Of a stretch of DNA of 64,000 nt, positions 10,649-23,100 are shown piece after piece. Each line of letters starts with the position of its first letter. Within the stretch, counting starts at the first letter, position 1. Made by a program: the position numbers and the translations under genes. Below the pieces are notes generated by a model, which did not search any database, was not told where the DNA came from, and saw only the letters and a list, made by a program, of their open reading frames with translations. The DNA is from Schizochytrium sp. TIO01 (lineage: Eukaryota; Protista; Bigyra: Labyrinthulomycetes): the NCBI GenBank assembly GCA_004764695.1, contig SMSO01000032.1, positions 3,876,483 through 3,940,482 on the forward strand. The letters run 5' to 3'.

Positions 10649-12961
10649 TTACTTTACATCACGTTGCTTCGAAGATACACTTTTACAAGGTGAGTTGATA
10701 CCATCAGGTATTGAACCTGAGCTAGGCGGTGGAGATGGGGTCACAGAAAGCCCTGAGCGCTGCAAATCTGGAGCTGAGGTGCTATGATCAATATGATCTG
10801 AATCATTATGACGTCCAGAAGATGAATGCCCAAAATGCTTCCTTGAAGACCCTGTGTTAAGTACGGCCTGGATATTGGCGAGCCAGGTGTCTCGTGGTGA
10901 GCGCTGGCTCCCAAGGCGTCCACTTCTACCTTTACTTCCCCAACTTGAGCGTCGGAAGCTATCCAGGAGCCCACCTGAAGATCCATTCGAATGGCTGCTC
11001 GAGGTTGGGTGAACTCGGTCGTCTTCATCATCCATGGATGCATCAGAGCGATCAATGTGCTTATTATTATTTCCGAGGCCAGGGTGGGAGCTGTATCCTT
11101 CATTAGTTCCATGAAACCAAGGCTCTTGGCGAATCAGCGAGAAAGTAATACGCTGATTAGGGTCTCGCTCAAGCATTTTCAAAATGAGGCGCCGGACATC
11201 TTTGGAAAGCTTTGGTCGTGCGGGAAAACTAATTGGTGTATCTTCGCAAATCTCTTTGGTCAGAGATTCAGCATCTTTGGAGTGCCATGGTAGCGTTCCC
11301 GTGACCATACAGTACAGAGTCACGCCTGCTGCCCATACGTCCGCGGGACGTCCATGGTAGATATTATCTGGCCCACAGCCGAGTGCCTCGGGGCACATCA
11401 TTGCAACTGTACCAAACCCACCTACATAGATCAGGTCATCCTCGCCCAACACCTTGGCGCTCTTTTCACGATTGCATAGCGAGGAAACACCGAAATCGCA
11501 TACCTTCACCCTAGGTTCGCCATTTTCAGTGTTATTGTCGATAAGCATGTTACTGGGTTTGATATCACGGTGGAGCACGCCATGATTATGAAGATATTCC
11601 ATGCCGAGTACAAAGTCACCAAACAGTCGCCGAGCTCGTTCTTCGGGGATAGCAAGTTCCGGACCGCCATTCATTAGGTCGAGATCGCCCATGACACCAC
11701 CACCTTGAACATAATCAATGACAAGATACAGACGGTCATTTTCAAGATCATCAATGACCTCATAGAGCTTGACAAGGTTGGGGTGATCGAGCATCTTCAT
11801 AATACCAATTTCATTCTTCAGTGAATTGATACTTGATCCAGGTTTCCTGCGTTTTCGCAACGAAGCATTCTCCAGCGCTTTAATCGCATAAATTTTTTTG
11901 TCTTTGAGATTTAGACACTTGTACACGGAACCCTGAGCTCCAGAGCCAATCCGATCAAACATTACATACTGATTCACATGACCCATAACGGTTTCATACT
12001 TGCGAATCCAATCTGGAATTTCGTTGATAGAAAATGATGGGTTGCCGCTTTGACCATGTGGTTTCTGTGACGACGAGATACTCGGAGTGGCGCCCACCAC
12101 CAATCCGTTGCTCGCTGCCACAAGAACTTCTTCTCTACCAAATGGTTTTTGCATAGACTCCATTTTCCCGCGTGGATACATTGCTGGAGATGCGCTTAAG
12201 TTTCCAGAGCTGGCAAGGCTTGATGAGGGGAGAGATGATGACAGGATCGTAGCAGCTAGTGACCCTCCGCTAGTAGCAGACCCATGGTTTTCTGCTGGCC
12301 AGTCTGTTTGGCGAGAAGGGGAGTGGCTTCCCAATGATTTTGATGAAGTAGAGCGAGCAGGAGCAGGTGGAACAGGCGGCTTACCAAGGTCTACATAATT
12401 ACGACCCGAAGCGCCAGTTGGAGGCTGCTTCCCTACATCTCCGGCTATTCTGGAAGAGTTTAATGTTTGAGTTGAGATGTTTGTTTCTGCATTTGGTTTT
12501 TCGTTCACAATGTTTTCATCAGGTGTTGTTGGTTCCTCGCTTTCCATCGAAAATTGAGATTCGATGGTTAATGGAGTTGTCGACTCTGTTAGCTCTGTTG
12601 GCTCTATATTGTTTCCATTGCTGTATCCAGGAGTACTATCCATGCTTCTAATTGTAAGGTTTGAAGAGTCTCTCTGCGTTTGCACCAACATGGGTGGTGG
12701 TGTAGGTGGTGGGGTAGCGGTCAATACATTTTGGGTGTTGGGCTGATAAGAGGCTTGCATGTGGTGATTAATACCGCTACTTTGTTTTTGTACCCTTGGT
12801 GGAAAACCCACCGCGCCAAAACCATGATGGTGGTTATTTGACGAAGAGCTTGCGCTCGTGTGTGATGTGTTGGATGATTTGCGAGCAGTTGATGAGCGTT
12901 TTCCAGACCTTGTCCCTAAAGATGCCAAGTTATCTGATGATGAAGAGAACCCGTGCCCCAT
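10649..12961 (-). CDS. CaMKK/SAK1/GRIK-like Ser/Thr protein kinase with long low-complexity N-terminus
   Basis: GSGAQG, YAIK, EIGIMKMLDHPNLVKLYEVIDD (CaMKK-like), HRDIKPSN, DFGVS, YHGRPADVWAAGVTLYCMVTG. N-terminal MGHGFS fits the N-myristoylation consensus. Confidence 0.85.
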   Translation of the reverse strand: MGHGFSSSSDNLASLGTRSGKRSSTARKSSNTSHTSASSSSNNHHHGFGAVGFPPRVQKQSSGINHHMQASYQPNTQNVLTATPPPTPPPMLVQTQRDSSNLTIRSMDSTPGYSNGNNIEPTELTESTTPLTIESQFSMESEEPTTPDENIVNEKPNAETNISTQTLNSSRIAGDVGKQPPTGASGRNYVDLGKPPVPPAPARSTSSKSLGSHSPSRQTDWPAENHGSATSGGSLAATILSSSLPSSSLASSGNLSASPAMYPRGKMESMQKPFGREEVLVAASNGLVVGATPSISSSQKPHGQSGNPSFSINEIPDWIRKYETVMGHVNQYVMFDRIGSGAQGSVYKCLNLKDKKIYAIKALENASLRKRRKPGSSINSLKNEIGIMKMLDHPNLVKLYEVIDDLENDRLYLVIDYVQGGGVMGDLDLMNGGPELAIPEERARRLFGDFVLGMEYLHNHGVLHRDIKPSNMLIDNNTENGEPRVKVCDFGVSSLCNREKSAKVLGEDDLIYVGGFGTVAMMCPEALGCGPDNIYHGRPADVWAAGVTLYCMVTGTLPWHSKDAESLTKEICEDTPISFPARPKLSKDVRRLILKMLERDPNQRITFSLIRQEPWFHGTNEGYSSHPGLGNNNKHIDRSDASMDDEDDRVHPTSSSHSNGSSGGLLDSFRRSSWGSKGRSGRLGSQRSPRDTWLANIQAVLNTGSSRKHFGHSSSGRHNDSDHIDHSTSAPDLQRSGLSVTPSPPPSSGSIPDGINSPCKSVSSKQRDVK

Positions 12962-13974
12962 GGGTAATTCTAAATTTGGCCTGCGTTGTCCAGGACAACA
13001 GCAGGTCTTTCAGAGTTTTGCAACAGCCTGGCTCGCTGATAAGCACTCCTGTCTCCAGTACAACCAATCCGAAATGAATACACTGATGCCTCTGCTCCTA
13101 CGAAGCGCCAACTACACTTCTATGTAGAGAGGCAATTAAGCAGTCAGACAAAACTGAGGTCTTGCAAGTAGGCGCTCTGGGACCTTTTGATGCTTTCGTT
13201 TTACTTAGCTGTGACAATTCCTGTTCCTCGTTTGCTGGTCGTCAGTATTCTTTGCACCTGGAAAAGTACGCACAAAGAGAAAGCACAAGAAAAATAAAAC
13301 AAAAAACCAACGCGAAAAGAAACAAAACCAGATGTGCAGCTTGTCAAGAAGGGCGAAGATTAAGAAGAGTTTCGCCTCTTTCGTGAAAGCCACTGCGAGT
13401 ATTAGATTAAAATTTTCTCTCCGTATTCCGCACCTTTAAAATAGGAAGTCACAACGACCCCTCGGTCAGCGTAACCAGACCACGTCTTTTTTGGCGTTGC
13501 TAAAAACCACTGCCGTAGACTCCAAGACTTGTCTTCCTAGTGATCAGTGCGCGTGGAGGAGCACAAGACGGCAGAGATGCCGCCAGTCGGAGCTTTTCGC
13601 GGGACCCGGCGTCTGTCTGCCTGTTTGCGTCCAAGTCGATCTCCCCGCAAGGACCTCTGCCACTCGCCCAAGCGTGTCACCTCAACGCCAGGGTGAACAC
13701 CGCAGGGTCGCGAAGCTCGCAGGACCCGAGCGAGCGTGCGTCTCCGTCGCCTGGCAGGCGCAGGCGGAGTTTAATTGAATTGGGAAGCCTCGGAAAATCT
13801 TCTGCTCTCTTTCGCTCTTTCTTTCCTCTTTTTCTTTTTCTTTTTCTGTTCGGCCTCTTTCAAATCGTCAGAAAGCACTAAGTAACTGCTACCCGCTCCC
13901 TAGTACTCGTACCAGCAAGAATATTAACAATGTATCACCAAATTAGCCTTTATATGTATTATGTATATAGCATG

Positions 13975-13978
<4 letters not shown>

Positions 13979-14008
<30 letters not shown>

Positions 14009-14108
14009 TGTATGTATGTATGTATGTATGTATGTATGTATGTATGTATGTATGTATGTATGTATGTATGTATGTATGTATGTATGTATGTATGTATGTA
14101 TGTATGTA
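13979..14108. repeat. (TATG)n microsatellite, about 32 units
   Basis: Directly visible tandem repeat. Confidence 0.97.
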
Positions 14109-14265
14109 CTACATACAATATAAAGAAGTAATCAATAAGGAGAGAAGCCGAGTGAGTGTAAGTTTCATTCTGCAGTGCGATTGGGCAAACAAAATGGGAG
14201 AGCTAGCAGCGTCATGCTTGATTGAGCTGCGCTTGAATCAATCAGGGCTTTGGAAGATTTGTGAA

Positions 14266-14331
14266 CTAGCTAGCTAGCTAGCTAGCTAGCTAGTGAGTGA
14301 GTGAGTGAGTGAGTAAGTAAGTAAGTAAGTA
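14266..14331. repeat. Compound microsatellite (CTAG)n-(TGAG)n-(TAAG)n
   Basis: Directly visible; three related tetramer tracts abut each other. Confidence 0.9.
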
Positions 14332-16120
14332 CCCAGGCACTTCGGTTTTTATTCTCTTGAGCAAGCGAGCCATCTTGGCCGGCTGTTACTTATTTAATAA
14401 CCTCTTTAGTTTTATAAATTGCTTGTTTTTTATAGTTTTAGAACAGCAGAGTAGGTGGGCAGGTACTCACTATTGCTTGCTCCGCATAAAGACGAGCTTA
14501 CACCCGCATCGTGGCAGTGGCACTTTTGCATCTCTTCCTAAGACCAAGTTGGCGAGCTGCGTTGTGAGATTGTAAGTGAAGGCGAATAGTTTTCATGAGT
14601 TCATCGCTCCAAGATTGTTTCAAGATTATTAGCCTGTGGCTGACTATAAGGTTAAAATAAAGGCTGATGATGTTGTCTACTGCCAACTAACCCAACCTTA
14701 GTTTGAGCTACTCGGTATTGTATTTTGTCTCCCTTGGTCGATGTCGTCTTTGGCCTGGCTGGCAGAGACCTGAAAGATTGTTTGTAACTATCAGGAACTT
14801 GAAGACTTCTGTTATTTGATCATTCTGATTGATGTTCAGATGCTCGAAAACGTTTATTTCTGTGTTTTCAGACTATGGCCTGTTCTGAGCTCCAGCGAGG
14901 AGCTTGACTGCTCGTTATTCCTTGCAAAATGTGCTCATGCTTCGTCCACAAACGTGCCGTATCAGCGTGGTGCCCTGCTACTAAGCATCTCTCCCCGTCC
15001 ATAGTTCGTGTGCCTTGGACATGTCTGCTTCTGTTTTCTTATAAAATGTGTATTTTCTTGTGCCGGTTATTCTGTCTTCATACGTACGTACTATCGTGGC
15101 AGTATTCATGCTTAATTTGTGCATTTGTCGCGCTTGAGACATCTCGCTCGCTCTGCAGCTTCTCTCTTGTTGAGCAGTTTTCATTTGTCCGGCCCCAGCG
15201 GCATCGCCCGAGGCATAACTGTAGCGTATTGCAGCGTTGCCACGCGAGCGCGGGGGGATCTAGAGCTTGCGTATAGCGATTGGGAGGCCGGCTTCAGGTG
15301 GGGCAACAACGACTCTCGAAGTTGGAAAACGCAAGCCTTCATTTCTGTGGAAACGATAACGTAATATCGCAGAAACAAGTGAAGAAACCAAGTCGGGTCA
15401 AAAGCAGGCACGAGTGGGCAATGCGATCAAACATTTGGCAATCGTTCGTTGGAAATATTTATTTATGGACAAAAGCTCAGAAGAAGCGTACGCCAGAAAT
15501 GGCACATCGTCATCTCAAGTTAGTTAGTTAATCAAAGACGAAAGGACACCTCCAACTTCTTCTTCTCCTTCTTCTTCTTCTTTCGCCAGTAGTACCTTCT
15601 ACGAATGAGATGTACCAGTAGTGTGTAGGTGGGTAATACTACTATTTTACGATATTGTAACCTAGCTACAGGTCTCTCTACCTGATCAAACTCCGACTGG
15701 TACCTGGGTACTGCTGCGAGCTGACGCTGGTGATGTTGCTTGCACGTGCGCACTTGACGATAAACATATCGACGCACGTATAGCACAATCAGCAGTCGGG
15801 TAAGGAGGAAGATTGAAGTCGACCCATCGAGGAAGGTCTGCGTAGGAAACGCATACTGGAACATATTAGAGAGGTGCTAACTAGCAGGTCATAGGAGTTC
15901 TTGGTAGTGGGCAGTAGCTTGCTATGTTACACTAAAACGAAAATCATCGTGCTTTAGTAATGGTCCTGATTTCGATCTCAAATCCTGGGACCTATCTGCT
16001 GCAGCATGTTCCTACACTTTTTTCTGCTGAGAGAAAGAATTGATCGGGCAGTGTTAAGGGTTCATAGCTCAGCTGTTTCACTATTTAGGCCCTTACTTTA
16101 GTTTGTCATGTCATGTCATG

Positions 16121-17107
16121 TCATGTCATGTCATCATCATCCTCATTCTCATCATCTATTTCGTTTTCGAGGCGAAAGTTATCTTCACCATCATCTTCGT
16201 CATCATTGTCGTCGTCATCGTCTTGACCAAACTCATCATGAGCGCTACCACGGAGAGGTGCCAAAGAGACCGAAATAGAGTACGCAGATCGTTTGTGGCC
16301 AAACACAGAGAGAAAAATTACAGAAGGCACTGCAGCAGGTTGATCACTACGCGCGAGTAAAGCTTCCTGGACGATGTCTGCCTCTGTAGACACACTGATA
16401 CGCTCTTGAATATGGTTTGCAGAGATAATATCAGAATTCGCCACATGTGGCCACGGTTGACTAAATGATACATACAAGTCCGGATTGCCCCATTCGTGAG
16501 TGACCTCCACTGCTAGATGAAAACTGCGTTTGGTTTTGACACATATTTGATAAAAGTCATAATCATCTTCTTCCACTAAACCCGTCATAGTCGCATGGTT
16601 TGTAAGAACCTTTGGCATGCGTCTTGCACCACGTACATTGTCCATTTGCCCGCTATCTAGCGCCCCTCCGTGCGCGCTATCAAACGGCAGAATTAGTTCA
16701 TCGCACGTCAAAGACGAGTTACTATTTCTGTTAAAGGCGCGAGAATTCAGATGTGACTTCACGTTATCGCCTTTTCTAAATTCTACTCTATTGCTGGCGC
16801 TAGTGCTGGTGTCGCCTTCACCGCTAGCCTTGAGCAGGCCCCCGCTCCCCCCGGCTCCTCCTTCCTTCGGCACGCCTCCGTTTGCTCCTTTCGATTCCTG
16901 ACGGCTAGGGCTGCTCATCGAGGCGTTACGGACCTCTTCATGTGCTGCTGCAGCTGCTGTCTGGAACGCAGTTCCGAGGACTGCCATAGCCGTGAGCGCC
17001 ACAAGCGATAAAAGTACCATTGCCGTCGCCTTGCGCCGCCCGGACCACCCGCCCCCTTGAGGCGGGATGCGGCCCTCCTCAAGGAGCGGCGTCGCGTCCG
17101 CCATCAT
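16121..17107 (-). CDS. Type II membrane protein of unknown function with a PPC-like beta-sandwich domain and acidic tail
   Basis: 328-aa ORF from ATG 17107. DATPLL dileucine motif, TM (MVLLSLVALTAMAVLG), motifs DYDFYQICV and GNPDLYVS resembling PPC-type domains, Asp-rich C-terminus. Confidence 0.65.
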   Translation of the reverse strand: MMADATPLLEEGRIPPQGGGWSGRRKATAMVLLSLVALTAMAVLGTAFQTAAAAAHEEVRNASMSSPSRQESKGANGGVPKEGGAGGSGGLLKASGEGDTSTSASNRVEFRKGDNVKSHLNSRAFNRNSNSSLTCDELILPFDSAHGGALDSGQMDNVRGARRMPKVLTNHATMTGLVEEDDYDFYQICVKTKRSFHLAVEVTHEWGNPDLYVSFSQPWPHVANSDIISANHIQERISVSTEADIVQEALLARSDQPAAVPSVIFLSVFGHKRSAYSISVSLAPLRGSAHDEFGQDDDDDNDDEDDGEDNFRLENEIDDENEDDDDMT

Positions 17108-20100
17108 GAGCAACGCGCACGACGACCAAAAAGTGAATTGGAATTGGAATTGGAATTGAAATCGAAAGCATTTGTTGATGATCTCTGTTCTCTTCCTTTT
17201 CTCTCTTTCTTTCCCATGATACCTTCTTTTCTCCCTCCACCCTCGAGTTGCTTTATTGGAAAACCAATAGGTAACTATGTGTGATTAGTTTCAATCTTTT
17301 TACTCTGCTAAAATAAGAAGAGAAGTAAGGCATACAAACAAACGTCTTTCGTCCCTCTCTTTTTCTTTCTTGAACTCTCAGATGACTCACCCTGATGAGC
17401 TTCTCCAGGCTCTCCTGAGGCTCCTGCTCTGTGGTGTGATCTGCGGCCTGAGCACCTAGGCAGGCAGGCAGTCGATGGCGTTCGACGAAAGTTAAGCTTT
17501 CTTGCGGTCAAGGTTTTGGTTTGTTTTATATTGTGAACAACTTGAATGTCAAAGTTTAAGCATCAGTTCTCCAAAATCTAGTGCTTTAATTTTCATGTTT
17601 ATTAATTTTTATTTTTTAAAAATTCTATTCGATTTTATTCGATTTTATTGATCGTGCTTTTTCCAATAACATGATCCTTCAAAGAAAACAAACAAAAAAC
17701 TTAGAACTCCTTCGCTTCGCCTTTGGTTCTTCGGTGTCATGGTCTGCAGCCCGGCGCTTGGCGGGTTCCAGGAGAGAGGACGACCGCCAGGGCTCGACGT
17801 GGGCACGGCAGAGCCGCGCCGGATCGCTGTCCATACGCTTTTCCCTGAGGCCGACTCGCCAATGGCCTTCGATTTCCCGCGGCGGCTGTGCAGCACGTGA
17901 ACTTAAGAATGCTGACCCTGAACCTCATTTGTTTAATGTGCGAGAATACTAAAATAATGATAACCAGAGTCCTAATAATTGTAGGTGACTGGCTATCTAC
18001 CAAGGTACTAGCAGTACGCTAGCTGGAGGGAGTAAATAACATCGTGAGGTTACTTGGTCAAATTGAGATCGCAGCACGTGACAGGAATCCACAGCTTGAG
18101 GCCGATTCAAAGAGATTTGGCATGTCTTGCTACAACGCATTGAAGGGGATTATTTGGTTCAAAGCGCCGTGATCGTGCAAGCTGGAGATGCAGAGCGCTT
18201 GTGGCTTCGTCAAAAGAGGCGTGTTTTTGTGGGCCAACTTGAAGTTGAACTGTCAACAGCTAAAACGTTTTTGTGTTTTTATTTTTTATTTTATTTTTTA
18301 ATATGTATGCATGTATGTATGTATGTATTTTATAAAAATGATTAACTAGGTTATCTCTCTTATTGTTACTGTTATTCTTACCAACTGAATTTTAGTTTTT
18401 ACTTGCAAAAATGGAGAAAGCACACTTAAAGAAAGACACTGACATGTCCAAACTATCATACGTGAACTTCAAGTTCAATTTGGGGTGGGGAACTCAATCT
18501 GTGATGGCCCCCAATCGATAGTAGATATCTTTGGAGATAACCAGGTAGCTCATAAATATAAACGTGCAGTAGGGAAGAAGAGGAGATCGAAGGGCTGCCC
18601 GATTCTGATGGACGATCTTTCGAGTGAACTACTTTCTTTCTCTCTGTTTGTTAGAAAGAAAGTGCCTAGTAACTACTACTAGTAGTACTGTTTGCTATCT
18701 GGCACTCATAACTCACCATCGCCAATGATTCCGGCACAGTCGAGAGCTGACTGTATCCTCATGGGAACCTTCAGCTCGCTTGCAGGGTTGCAAATACCAA
18801 TTTCCCTGGAGCTTTGAGGATGTGGAAGTCTCGCTCTTGGCCGATGGCATCTCACGACTCACGAGAATTGGCCAGGAAGTCGAGTATTCTTGCGGAATCT
18901 GATTTTACCGTGGCGGTTAGCTGGTTGTCCCTTGGAGACAGACGATGATTTCTATATTGCTCATTCATTACCTGAATAAGTATGCGTAGTAGTATGTATG
19001 TACCATGTGCAACTGAAAAGGTCTGGAGTCATGGCGTTCAAAGAGAAGAACTATAACTACCTATAGGAATCGCTGGGGAGAAGGACTAGAGTAGGATTAG
19101 ATGGGAGGTTCTGATCTAGTTTACAGTCTTGCAATCTCCAACTTTAAGTAAACCGCTTTGTCGAATCAAGAAATGGCAGAATTGTTTTTTTGGTAATGTT
19201 TGATCGATCGATCGCGTATATGCGTACATGATGGAAAACTTTGCTTCTAGAGGCCGGCGAGGCCGGACATTAACTTAAATTGAACTGGTCGCCTGGGCCA
19301 TCTTTGCGATAGCACCATCAAACGAGTTCATGGGGAAGCTACTTGTAGTCTTGGAAACTTTCATACAAAAAAAGATCGTTGCCAAGTAGATGATTCGAAA
19401 TGATCTCACAAGCATTTCCACATTGCCATCACACATGAGCATTTTTGGCATAAATACATCAAAGGAATCTGAACTTTGGGAAGCCAGTCTCTGCGAGTAT
19501 CTAACCTCAAGTTCTTCATTGTAAAATATAGCGAACGTTACGACTAGAGCTTGCTCATTTGATGTAAACTACAGCTGTCTCATAAAACAAGGGATTATAT
19601 ATGACTCCATGCGGAAACACTTTTTGAGCAAAAGAAGGGGGGTTTTATACTATGCTCTTTAATCCTTTGAGCCTGCTCCATTTATTTTCACCCCCTCGAT
19701 CGACCACCTCTAAAAACAAATTCTAACTTTGTGCTATAGTTTGTCGTAAAAAGCATTCAGTACGCAGCGCATATTATAAAGAATTTTGAAATCTCGTTAG
19801 ACTCGTCAAAACCTTTGCACTATGTGCGGATTGTCATTGTGAGATGGCGCTTACTTAGCATTCCGTGTTGCAAATAGATTTTGCGTTATGATTGAATCTG
19901 GGGTTGGCGTTTTTAGTCTTTGTGAGCAACTTTATGACAGGCCTCAATCGCCATCCTCGTATCCTTTGTTCGAGCTCATACATGCAACAATCGATTGATT
20001 TAGGAATGGACCAGTTTCTTTCGCAAAAACAAATTAACTTGCCTGAGCGAGACGCTTATTCTTTCTGCACAATCAATAGTATTTTATTGTTTTTGTCAGA

Positions 20101-23100
20101 ACCAAAACTAGGTACACATTTCAAAATACTGCAGCCCGCTGCTTCACAAGGTAATGTGATTTGCCCTACGTGCTGAGATCTCCAATCGAAGGAACAAGTG
20201 AACAAGACATTGCTAGAGTTCTTGGTGTCCCTTTGTAAAACCCATTAGGAATAAGGTTTACATTAGAACAAGAATAAGCAGCCAGACTGACGTGGCTGCT
20301 GAAGTCAAGATCTAGAAGTGTGAATACACATCACCGACACCCAAGCTTGGTTTAACTTGGATCGATGGTGAAGAAGGTTGGATAATCCAACCTCATCGAT
20401 TATCTCTAACCATATTCAAGAATGTCTTAATCTCCCTAATTACTACATGAATCCATCTGTCCTGGTATTCATTCCTCAGGACAGCAGATCGCTAACTCTT
20501 AAATCAACCTTCGTATAGCCTTCATCAAGCCTTCTACCTTCATCTTTACAGTCAACCTCACGCTAATCAGTATCACCTTTCAGCACTACGCATGTTCCGG
20601 TGATTTTCATTTGAAAAAACGGATTTCGGATATCTTTTCTCTCGGAAGCTACCAGCAATACTGATGTTAAAGTACACAAGCGCCAGCACTTGCATACCTC
20701 TCGTATAAATTACTTTGCGCGCTATTATGAGCCCACGGGGATGGTGTTTTGATAAATTAATGAACCTTGTGAGCAGGGACTTTGGGCGCCGCAATAATTA
20801 AAATTCTGAAACGCAAGCTTCATGTCTGATTTATATATTAAAAAAAACAAAAAAACTAGTCAACTGTATGTTTTCGAGGCGGGGCTTGTCTTTAGTTTTG
20901 CAGAGAATGCTAAAAAGTAATCAAATGTGTAATTGCACTTGGCTGGTACACTTGTATTAAGGAGGAAAAACTCCGAGTTTGCTAGTGTTCTTCATAACGT
21001 GCAACAAGGACTTACGCACATACAGGAATAAAAATTGCCCAATATAATTCTTCTTTCACTGAATATATATCTTTATTTGCTGATCTCTTTGTCGTGTCGC
21101 CGAATCAAAGACTATATAAAAGACAGTTGAAGCAAGAAACTTAAAAAAAGATATCATGTGAATATTTCACATCAACTGATCTTGGTTTTCGTTTACGCAA
21201 GTTCTTGCACAATTGGATTTATGCAAAAACTAAGGACAATCGGTCTTACACATACACTGTTTTTAAAGGACCAGACCACATTGACCTACGTGAGGCTCGA
21301 CTTTTGTAATTTTCTTGTTCATTCCTCTCACCACAACATCAGAGGAATCTTGCAATGAGCCATGTCTCACAAAATTTCGACTCATCCTTCCATGCGTAGA
21401 GAATTGATCCTCTTCGCTCTTCTCCAGAATGTGATCAACTCATTTTGTGACGGTTGGTAGCAGGATGCTGGTCATCCTTGCATAAACTTGAGTTAGGTTG
21501 GAGCGCCAGCCTATAGATTGTCGCATAGCACCGCTTTTATCTATTTGGGCGATTACAAACAAGGATAAAACAAATCTGTCTATGGCTGTTACGTTAAGCG
21601 AGAATATCTAGAACGATGCAAGGGTCCGCAGATAGATCGATTTAGATATTACAACTCAGCAGAAAGATTCTCTTTAGAATCGTACCAAATCGAAGTAACG
21701 AGTAATTGATTGCTGATGAGAGTAAAGAGTTATCGTCAGAGTTCTTCGGCACTTGTAAAGGCATCGTTCACATCAGGCATTAAAAAACAAACAAAAAACC
21801 TTAGCAAGACACATAGTTGCGCACATATAAACGTCAGGCCGCCTGGCGATATGTAATTTTGCGTTGAGGTTCACATGTACGGATCCTATTTATAACAAAA
21901 CCAACCCGAGGTTTTGTGAAATTGCATTTGAAGTCTCAGAAATCCTTTTAGCAAATTCTTCTTTCGCAAACCTTACACATCACGAAGAATATGAATATGG
22001 TATCGTATTATATTCAAATATCTATTCATAGACTTGATTAAATAAGCTAACATCTCTGCAAATTGCGCAAACCCAAAATTGAAAGAGGAATTTGGGTAGT
22101 CCTACGTTAGCAAAACAATCTTGGAACTATTATGGTAGCTTATTTCGTATGTTCTCTTCGGCGCCTATGTGCGCCGGAGCGCAGCGAACCCTCTTCCTAA
22201 CTACCGCCTAAAGATCTCTACCATGACATTTTACTCCCTTCTTTCTCTTACATGTTCTCATCACAATGGGTCTTCCTACTGCAACTCATAGAGTCACTAT
22301 AGGTGAAAAGAACAAAGGTGTTGGGAGACCTAAAGAACAGCCTCTCAGTTAGTACCTTTAAGAGTAAACAAGCACGAATTGACAAGTAAAGATGTACGTA
22401 TATGTGTGTTACTCCATCGTGAGCTTTGAGAGCAAATTGATTTATTCCTAGATAGACCAAGACCAAAAGATCGTTGTTGAGCAAGTCTTTCAGTTTGCCC
22501 AGAAAACTGATATTCGCCAGCCAGGCCCATCGATAAAGAATGAGAGCAACCAAAGGTTTTAGTGATATCCATAGCTATGACTTACAAGTTAGTAAAACAC
22601 AGAAGACAATAGCTCAGCCACGTTGGTAAAATTCAATCTTGGTCAATTTCTACAACCAGCATGCTCGTTAGGTGTAATACAAAGAGAATAAATTCACGAC
22701 ATACCAAGTTTCAAGGAAGCTACAACAACTACTTGTCATACGTCAGGCAATAGGAAGTGCTTTCTCAGAGTTATTATAAAATAGAAACTACATTGCCAGT
22801 AACTAGCTTGATCGTAGAATTATACTTCTAGGCTACAAGTGATTAAAACAGGAGTAAACACTACTAGGATAGTTTGTACTACCTACATGCCTTGGTAGCG
22901 ATAGTTTATGTGTATGGTTTAATAATCAAACTTTTAAAATGATTCATCCTCGAGACCCCTGTTGTAATCATGAGCTTTGAAACGTAGGAACACGGAATGG
23001 TGAAGTGTATCTCAAAACAATCACCCTATCTCGAATTAATTTCCGTGCCGAACAGTTGTCAGCACTGTAAATGTAGAATTTCATCGTCCAGGCTAAAGCG

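Noticed and set aside
13924-14277. ORFs with YIHT/MYVC repeats, and similar ORFs at 30694-31439 and 40512-41117
   Set aside because: Translations of microsatellites, not genes.
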